Shown here: positions 45,251 to 49,149 of the stretch, one piece after another
Layout: each line of letters opens with the position of its first letter
How positions within the stretch are numbered: position 1 is the first letter of the stretch
NCBI GenBank assembly: GCA_017508605.1
Contig: JAFVYN010000175.1
Coordinates: 1 to 49,149, forward strand
Direction of reading: 5' to 3'
DNA: 49,149 nt
Source: Clostridia bacterium
Lineage (GTDB): Bacteria > Bacillota > Clostridia > Oscillospirales > CAG-272
Program-made: the position numbers and the translations under genes
Notes under the pieces: model-generated
Told to the model about the DNA's origin: nothing
Databases searched by the model: none
Seen by the model: only the letters and a program-made list of their open reading frames with translations

Positions 45251-47605
45251 TCACGCGCTCTCGCGGTTGGCCCTGACACGGATGACGGTGACCGAGGCAT
45301 CGTCATCGGCGGCGAAGGTTGAAAGGATCGATCCCGCAAGCGCGTCTGGGGTCTCGTTTTGGTGGGCTCTCAGATGGGCGGCGAGGGTATCGTCACTCAG
45401 CGCGATGCCGTCGCTTGCGAGAATGATGAGATCGTCCTCAGAGAGCGGAAGCTCACGCAGTGCGGGGGTGAAATCGCGGGTGATCCCGATGGGAAGGGAA
45501 TGCAGATCGATCGAAATGAGGTTGTCCGCCCGCCAGAGGAAGGAGGGCGCGGCGCCGCATTTCAAGAAGATCGCGCGTTTCTGATAGGTGTCGATCTCCA
45601 ACAGATCGCAGGTGGAGTGACATTCCTCGCTTTTTGAACGGAGAAAATTCGAGAGCATTTTGAGAACGACCTCCTTGGGATTGCCCGCCGCGATCATGGT
45701 CTCAAGAAAAACAGTAGCGATCCTTGCGGTGATGGCGGCTGTCTTGCCGCTTCCCATACCGTCGCAGATGAGAAAATAGGGCGTTCCCGCGGTATCCTCG
45801 AAGCCGCAAAGGGCATCCCCCGAGACCGCGCCCTCCTCCTTGGCGCGAAGGGCGGATGCCGAGAGCAGGGAGATGGCGGGAGCGGTGGTGACAGTCATGG
45901 TGACGAAATCCCCGCTGAAATCAAAATGCGGCTCATGGAATTCAAGTCCCGTTGCCTCGCTGAGGCGCTTGGCGATCTCCTTGCTTGAGATAGAAAGGGA
46001 GGAGATCTCCACCCCTGAGGCAAGAACGGTCTTTTGCCGTCTGCCCCATGCCGAATAGCCGAGGGCGACAAGCCCTGTTTCACGGAGTGTGTGGGAGGCT
46101 TTTTTATAGAGTGCCGTGTCTTTTTCGAATTCATCCTCACCCTCGCGCGCGGTCTCGGCGAGAAGCTGTGCCATGGCTTCGTAATCGAGAGCAAACAGCT
46201 CGGTCTTGTCCCGCCGTATGGCTCGCTCGACGAGATCAGCCGCCGCATTGTTGATGTCGCGCAGAATCTTCTCTAAGTGGCGGCAACGCTTTGAAAAAGC
46301 TTCGGGCAGATCGCAGGTGGTGGCGCGCTCTCCCTTTTGCACCTTGCGGAAAAGCGCGGATACTGCCTCGTCGGTCTCGCCGCCCTCCCTCTGCCAGCAG
46401 ATGCTTTTGAGGGCGCATGGCTCACAGTAGCGGGAAAAGACCTCGTCCCCCGCCTCACGGATCTCATAGCCGCCCGGACGGCGGCTTTTTTCGGACAGCT
46501 CCAAAAAGACGTCGGATAATTCCTCAAATGCCGACGAGAGGGCTTTCAGCTTGTTTTGCCGGAATTTCTTTCTGACGCCCTCCACGTATTTCATGTCGGG
46601 CATTTCCTCCGGCTCGTCGGCGAAAAAATGGATCTCGGGAATGAGCTTCGCCTTGGCAAGAGGCAGAAAGAGAAGGGCGGTGAAGATGATGTCGGCGGAA
46701 AAGCTGAAGGCGTTCGCCACGCCGTTAAGATAGAGATTCATCACAAGAGTGAGAGCGGTGGAGGCAAGCACCGAATAGCTGAGGTGCAGATTGGAGCCAA
46801 GCCCTGTGACAAGCCCCGCGATAGCGAAGATCGGCGCGTAGACGCCCCCGAGGGCAAGTCCCGTGACAAGTCCCATCAGAGCCCCACGGAGTCCGCCGCC
46901 CGTAATGGCGATCGAAAGGGTGAGAAAATACGCCAGTACCGCACCGAGGGCAAAGCCCAGGATCCCCACGGTATTCAGGGTGTAAACGAGGAAAAATACG
47001 ATGCTCAGCCGCCCGATCTCCCGCCACGCGCCCTCCTTGGCAGGGGTAGTGATCAGCGAGAAAAAGAGGGCAAGAATCGGCGATGAGACGGTGGCAACGA
47101 GCATGGCAATAAGGGAATCCTTTCCGAAGCCATCAAGGGCAGAGAGCGCAAAGGCGTGAAGAAAGGCGAGGACGGCAGCGATCGCCACACGTTCACCGCG
47201 TGTTTCGTCAAAAATACGGCTCTTCATCCGTGCGCGCTTGATGAGAAGGCGCATGAGGATCCCGAGCAGAAGGGTGAACGCCCCTACCAAGGGGCTTTTC
47301 TGCCAGAAAAGGGAGAGCGCCATGCCAATGGCTGAGACCGTTGCCATGTGTCCCGAAGCCGCCGCGAAAAAGGCGTAACCGAGGGGTCTCGCGCCGTAGA
47401 ACAGGGGTGTTTTCGAAAAGAGCATCGATACTGCGAGATAGAGCGTGAAAAAGAGAAGTCCCCGTCGGTGCTTTCGTGAGAGAATGCGCTCTTCCTCGCC
47501 CGCAAGATCCTTGCCGAGGGTGATGCGCAGGGTGTTTTTGAGAGATGCGAGAGATGCCTGCAGGCGGTTTTTCTGAGTTTTAACGGCGTTTTGTTTGTCT
47601 TCCAT
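45251..47605 (-). CDS. spoIIE: Stage II sporulation protein E (membrane PP2C phosphatase)
   Basis: About 10 TM segments; C..C.....CW and C in the middle domain; SGD, ICDGMGSG, TCD, KCGAAPSF, LPIGI, ASDG, DD. Confidence 0.88.
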   Translation of the reverse strand: MEDKQNAVKTQKNRLQASLASLKNTLRITLGKDLAGEEERILSRKHRRGLLFFTLYLAVSMLFSKTPLFYGARPLGYAFFAAASGHMATVSAIGMALSLFWQKSPLVGAFTLLLGILMRLLIKRARMKSRIFDETRGERVAIAAVLAFLHAFALSALDGFGKDSLIAMLVATVSSPILALFFSLITTPAKEGAWREIGRLSIVFFLVYTLNTVGILGFALGAVLAYFLTLSIAITGGGLRGALMGLVTGLALGGVYAPIFAIAGLVTGLGSNLHLSYSVLASTALTLVMNLYLNGVANAFSFSADIIFTALLFLPLAKAKLIPEIHFFADEPEEMPDMKYVEGVRKKFRQNKLKALSSAFEELSDVFLELSEKSRRPGGYEIREAGDEVFSRYCEPCALKSICWQREGGETDEAVSALFRKVQKGERATTCDLPEAFSKRCRHLEKILRDINNAAADLVERAIRRDKTELFALDYEAMAQLLAETAREGEDEFEKDTALYKKASHTLRETGLVALGYSAWGRRQKTVLASGVEISSLSISSKEIAKRLSEATGLEFHEPHFDFSGDFVTMTVTTAPAISLLSASALRAKEEGAVSGDALCGFEDTAGTPYFLICDGMGSGKTAAITARIATVFLETMIAAGNPKEVVLKMLSNFLRSKSEECHSTCDLLEIDTYQKRAIFLKCGAAPSFLWRADNLISIDLHSLPIGITRDFTPALRELPLSEDDLIILASDGIALSDDTLAAHLRAHQNETPDALAGSILSTFAADDDASVTVIRVRANRESA

Positions 47606-47636
47606 ATTCCAAGTCCTTTCATTGACGGTCTTTTGA

Positions 47637-47681
47637 TGACAGTTTCACTGTGACAGTTTCACTGTGACAGTTCCACTGTCA
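47637..47681. repeat. 14-bp palindromic tandem repeat (3 copies) in the spoIIE leader
   Basis: TGACAGTTTCACTG twice, then TGACAGTTCCACTG-TCA. Confidence 0.9.
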
Positions 47682-47714
47682 GTATAGCAGAAAGAGGGGG
47701 CGCATTCTGTCGGA
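47681..47714 (-). promoter_or_regulatory. Putative Spo0A-activated sigmaA promoter of spoIIE
   Basis: Minus strand TCCGACA (6/7 match to the 0A box TTCGACA), 21 nt, TATACT with TG extension. Confidence 0.6.
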
Positions 47715-47780
47715 ACGGGGCGGGGATACGGTGAAACGGCTCTTTTTCCGAAAAAAAGCGGAAAAAATGAGAAAAGACTC

Positions 47781-47808
47781 TTGCATTCTTTTGAAAATGT
47801 GATATACT
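47781..47808 (+). promoter_or_regulatory. SigmaA promoter of the Mrp gene
   Basis: TTGCAT-16 nt-TATACT with TG extension. Confidence 0.55.
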
Positions 47809-47846
47809 ATTACATAGTGTAACAATTGAAAAGGTAGGTATTTCCC

Positions 47847-48704
47847 GTGGCAAATCAAAACACAACTCCCGAAGGATGCACGCACGATTGCTCGACCTGT
47901 TCGGCAAACTGCTCGTCCAAGGATAAAAAGAATAGCCTTCTTGAGGCTGCCAATCCCTTAAGTGATGTCAAACACATGATCGCCGTTGTCAGCGGTAAGG
48001 GCGGTGTGGGTAAATCACTCGTCACCTCGATGCTTGCTGTCAACAGCCAGAGAAAGAATTATAACACCGCTATCCTCGATGCCGATATCACCGGTCCTTC
48101 GATTCCGAAGATCTTTGCGGCAAAGGGTGAGGTTACCGGCTCGGAATACGGTATGTATCCCCTGGAGACCAAGACGGGCATCCGTCTGATGAGTGTCAAT
48201 CTGCTTCTCGACGATGAGACCAAGCCTGTCGTCTGGCGCGGCCCCGTGATCGCGGGTACGGTCAAGCAGTTCTGGACCGACGTCTGCTGGGGCGAGGTCG
48301 ACTATATGTATGTCGATATGCCTCCCGGAACGGGCGACGTTCCGCTGACGGTCTTCCAGTCCCTTCCCATTGACGGCATTGTGATCGTGACCTCTCCGCA
48401 GGATCTCGTTTCGATGATCGTCGAAAAGGCGGTGACGATGGCAAAGCTCATGAACGTACCGATCCTCGGTATTGTAGAGAACTACAGCTATTTTGAATGT
48501 ACCGACTGCGGTAAGCGTCACTATATCTACGGCGAAAGCCATATTGATGAGGTGGCGAAGAAGCACGGCATCAAGGTGCTTGCCAAGATCCCGATCGATC
48601 CGAAGCTTGCCGCTCTCTGCGACAGAGGTATGCTGGAGCTGATGGAAAACGATTATCTCGACGAAGCCTTCCGCGAGATTCAGAAGGCAACCGCCGAAGA
48701 CTAA
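47847..48704 (+). CDS. Mrp/NBP35 (ApbC) Fe-S cluster carrier ATPase
   Basis: N-terminal CxxxCxxCxxxC; SGKGGVGKS, DADITGPS, WRGP, DMPPGTGD, ENYS.F.C..CG. Confidence 0.93.
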   Translation: MANQNTTPEGCTHDCSTCSANCSSKDKKNSLLEAANPLSDVKHMIAVVSGKGGVGKSLVTSMLAVNSQRKNYNTAILDADITGPSIPKIFAAKGEVTGSEYGMYPLETKTGIRLMSVNLLLDDETKPVVWRGPVIAGTVKQFWTDVCWGEVDYMYVDMPPGTGDVPLTVFQSLPIDGIVIVTSPQDLVSMIVEKAVTMAKLMNVPILGIVENYSYFECTDCGKRHYIYGESHIDEVAKKHGIKVLAKIPIDPKLAALCDRGMLELMENDYLDEAFREIQKATAED

Positions 48705-48734
48705 AAAATAACCCTTTTTTGTAAATGAACGATC

Positions 48735-48769
48735 AAAACCGTCGGGAGCAGGATACTTCCGACGGTTTT
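48735..48769 (+). terminator. Intrinsic terminator
   Basis: AAAACCGTCGGGAG-caggata-CTTCCGACGGTTTT. Confidence 0.75.
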
Positions 48770-48793
48770 CGTTTGGGCTTTCCGGACCGGAAA

Positions 48794-48846
48794 TTGTTAA
48801 AAAATTCTCAAAAACTATGGACAAAAACTCAAGACTGGTGTATAAT
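48794..48846 (+). promoter_or_regulatory. Rex-like operator plus sigmaA promoter
   Basis: TTGTTAA-AAAA-TTCTCAA (48794-48811) against TTGT(G/T)AA-N4-TT(C/A)ACAA; then TGGACA-17 nt-TATAAT (48818-48846). Confidence 0.65.
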
Positions 48847-48922
48847 GAAGACAAGAATGCCCCTTTTGGGGCATCATGGCTCAGATATGTCTTCGGAAAT
48901 CGAAAGAAAGGATCGAAAACGA

Positions 48923-49149
48923 ATGAAAATCAGCGAAATTGCAAGTCTTTTGAATGCGCGTGTGCTTTGCGGTGAGGAGGAGCTTGACCGCGAAGTGAAA
49001 TCGGCGTGCGGATGCGATATGATGAGCGACGTCCTTGCATTCGTTAAGGATCAGGCAGTGTTGCTTACGGGGCTTTGCAATCCTCAGGTCGTCCGTACTG
49101 CAATGATGATGGATATGAGATGTATCGTTTTCGTGAGAGGAAAAGAGCC
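48923..49149 (+). CDS. DRTGG-domain protein, 5' part only (runs off the window)
   Basis: MKISEIASLLNARVLCG...CGCDMMSDVLAF...LLTGL.NPQVVRTA...IVFVRGK; AAGGA RBS; missing from the ORF track. Confidence 0.85.
   Translation, partial: MKISEIASLLNARVLCGEEELDREVKSACGCDMMSDVLAFVKDQAVLLTGLCNPQVVRTAMMMDMRCIVFVRGKE

Overview
A 49 kb chromosomal window from a moderately GC-rich, spore-forming Clostridia-like (Bacillota) bacterium, judged from spoIIE, rnfCDGEAB, SipW-type signal peptides and sigmaA-consensus promoters. Most of it is housekeeping or metabolic: ruvCAB, a SAM methyltransferase, ecfA1-ecfA2-ecfT-truA, a ClpE/C-like ATPase, rplJL with its L10 leader, ferritin, an Rnf operon extended with flavinylation genes, spoIIE, Mrp/ApbC and the start of a DRTGG gene. 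Accessory genes are interspersed: a CotH lipoprotein, two BspA-type LRR paralogs, two SipW-signal beta-helix paralogs, a large GLUG/discoidin secreted protein and a Doc toxin with a 38-aa antitoxin. The most unusual locus is 9907-10975. There an AT-rich, frameshifted DUF559 (Vsr-like) nuclease gene sits inside an ordered array of alternating, mutually inverted double-hairpin repeats with compensatory base changes, separated by two unrelated 55- and 54-nt spacers. This looks like a RAYT/REPIN-style architecture with a PD-(D/E)XK-type nuclease instead of a HUH transposase. Other notable points are an intact but catalytically dead P-type ATPase, a shared unknown 144-aa C-terminal domain on the LRR proteins, WalR-type boxes before both SipW-signal genes, and recurrent tandem hairpin expansions. 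All product calls are by eye from motifs; no database searches were run.
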